Below are positions 62,161 to 64,000 of a stretch of DNA of 64,000 nt, piece after piece. Position 1 is the stretch's first letter; every line of letters starts with the position of its first letter. The notes below the pieces were generated by a model that was not told the origin of the DNA, made no database searches, and saw nothing but the letters and a program-made list of their open reading frames with translations. A program made the translations under genes and the position numbers. Location: NCBI RefSeq assembly GCF_001194135.2, contig NC_068998.1, positions 10,196,543 through 10,260,542 of the forward strand, in the 5' to 3' direction. This DNA is from Octopus bimaculoides (lineage: Eukaryota).

Positions 62161-63941
62161 TACTTTTGCCAATAATTCCACAACAGGAGTTCTGACTCTT
62201 GGACAGATACCTACGTACGTATAGAACAGTTTATTTCTGTACAGATTAGATCTGTTCAGCACACAGAAACAAGTTTAAAAAAACATAGACAATGAATTTA
62301 TGTGATTGATGATATGTGTGGCATTTGGCTGTTGTTGTTGTTTTTATCAAAGTGGTGGCCTGACAGAATCATTAGCATATTGGACAAAATGCCTGACAGC
62401 ATTTTTTTTGTTTTTGGCTTTTTGTTCTGAGTTTGAATTATACCAAACAAGGCCGACTTTGCTTTTGATTCTTTAAAGATTGATTAAATAGGTACAAGTT
62501 GAGCATTGGTGTCGATGTAATTGGCTTGCCCTCCCCTCAAAATTGCTGGCCTTGTGTCTTATCATTCTTCTTTCATATACACACAACAGATTAAATGGTT
62601 GGGGGCAGAAACCCCCCCCCCCCTTAATATTGGGCTACAAGAAGTAACCTTAGATGCAAAGAACCTTCCTAAGTTTCCTAGCTGCCCCTTATAACACTTT
62701 TTTTTATACATTAAACCTGTTTGCAATCAAAACCCTCACAACACACACACACACNNNNNNNNNNNNNNNNNNNNNNNNNNNNNNNNNNNNNNNNNNNNNN
62801 NNNNNNNNNNNNNNNNNNNNNNNNNNNNNNNNNNNNNNNNNNNNNNNNNNNNNNNNNNNNNNNNNNNNNNNNNNNNNNNNNNNNNNNNNNNNNNNNNNNN
62901 NNNNNNNNNNNNNNNNNNNNNNNNNNNNNNNNNNNNNNNNNNNNNNNNNNNNNNNNNNNNNNNNNNNNNNNNNNNNNNNNNNNNNNNNNNNNNNNNNNNN
63001 NNNNNNNNNNNNNNNNNNNNNNNNNNNNNNNNNNNNNNNNNNNNNNNNNNNNNNNNNNNNNNNNNNNNNNNNNNNNNNNNNNNNNNNNNNNNNNNNNNNN
63101 NNNNNNNNNNNNNNNNNNNNNNNNNNNNNNNNNNNNNNNNNNNNNNNNNNNNNNNNNNNNNNNNNNNNNNNNNNNNNNNNNNNNNNNNNNNNNNNNNNNN
63201 NNNNNNNNNNNNNNNNNNNNNNNNNNNNNTATATATATATATATATATATATATGCATGGCTGTGAGGTTAAGAAGCTTGCTTTGTAATTGTGTGGATTT
63301 GGGTTCAGTTCCACTGTGGGGCATCTTGTGCAAGTGTTTTCTACTATAGCCCTAGGTTGACCAATGCGTTGTGAATGAATTTGGTTGATGGAAACTGTGT
63401 GGAAGCCCATCATATATGTGAATGTTTGTGTTCATCCCCCATTACAGCTTGACAATTTGTGTGAGTTTGTTTATGTTTCTGCAGCTTAGTGGTGTGAGGA
63501 AAGAGACCGATAGAACAAGTATTAAACCTTTAAAATAAATACTGAGATTGATTTATTCTGTTGCGCCCTTCAAGTTGGTGCCCTAACTCCATTATCTAAT
63601 AAGTTATCGAATGCAATATAGGTATCCCTAACCCGCAGACCATAAAACATACTCAATGCATTTAATATTAGAATGTTGTAGTTTATGAATTATATTAAGT
63701 GGTTGCTTCTAACTTATAACTTGCCAAATTGTTTCATATGGAGATCAGCTCAGTTGCGTCTATATTCATCAGAGAGTAAAATGTTTCATTTTACACTCTG
63801 ATGCAGCTGGCTACAGCTGTGCTGATCTCGAAATAAAACCTATTGCAAATTGTTAGTAGTTATTGAATATATAAATAAACTACATATATCTGTCTATGGA
63901 TATATCTGTGTGTATGCACGCGCACGCATACATGTATGTAT

Positions 63942-64000
<59 letters not shown>

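Larger units (their letters stand above)
11257..63230. other. Assembly gaps (N runs): 11257-11332, 17536-17713, 27562-~28115, 29293-29958, 61196-61783, 62755-63230
   Basis: N runs, mostly flanked by microsatellites; span given is first to last gap only. Confidence 0.97.

Noticed and set aside
61791-62195. Val/Met-rich and Thr/Ile-rich ORFs
   Set aside because: (GAT/GGT)n repeat next to a gap

Overview
AT-rich, microsatellite- and SINE-dense animal genomic DNA with six N-gaps. The repeat families and gene structure point to an octopus/cephalopod (inference). Main contents: (1) a complete 11-exon CRYZL1 (quinone oxidoreductase-like 1 / FERRY subunit Fy-4) gene on the minus strand, CDS 20201->6098, 357 aa, hand-spliced in frame. 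Its ninth intron (9657-10310) is a U12-type AT-AC minor-spliceosome intron. (2) A small minus-strand gene (2425->~2000) for a secreted peptide: signal peptide, acidic pro-region, KR site and a CX3C-X11-CX3C motif. (3) A probable first coding exon (MAGSVA, 56500-56518) of a large divergent plus-strand gene that continues beyond the window. (4) A CpG-retaining domain (~18.3-31.5 kb) between two CpG-depleted regions. (5) Many transposon relics: four SINE families, RTE and Jockey-like LINE pieces, mariner, rosa/DD41D, hAT, and piggyBac- and mariner-type MITEs. (6) Two repeat families carrying minimal, probably dimer-forming, hammerhead-ribozyme-like motifs with non-canonical cores (28262-28362 as an inverted pair; 51621-51667 with a G3:C8 swap), suggestive of Penelope-like elements. 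Most ORFs in the supplied track are microsatellite or N-gap artefacts. Coordinates of degenerate repeats are approximate.
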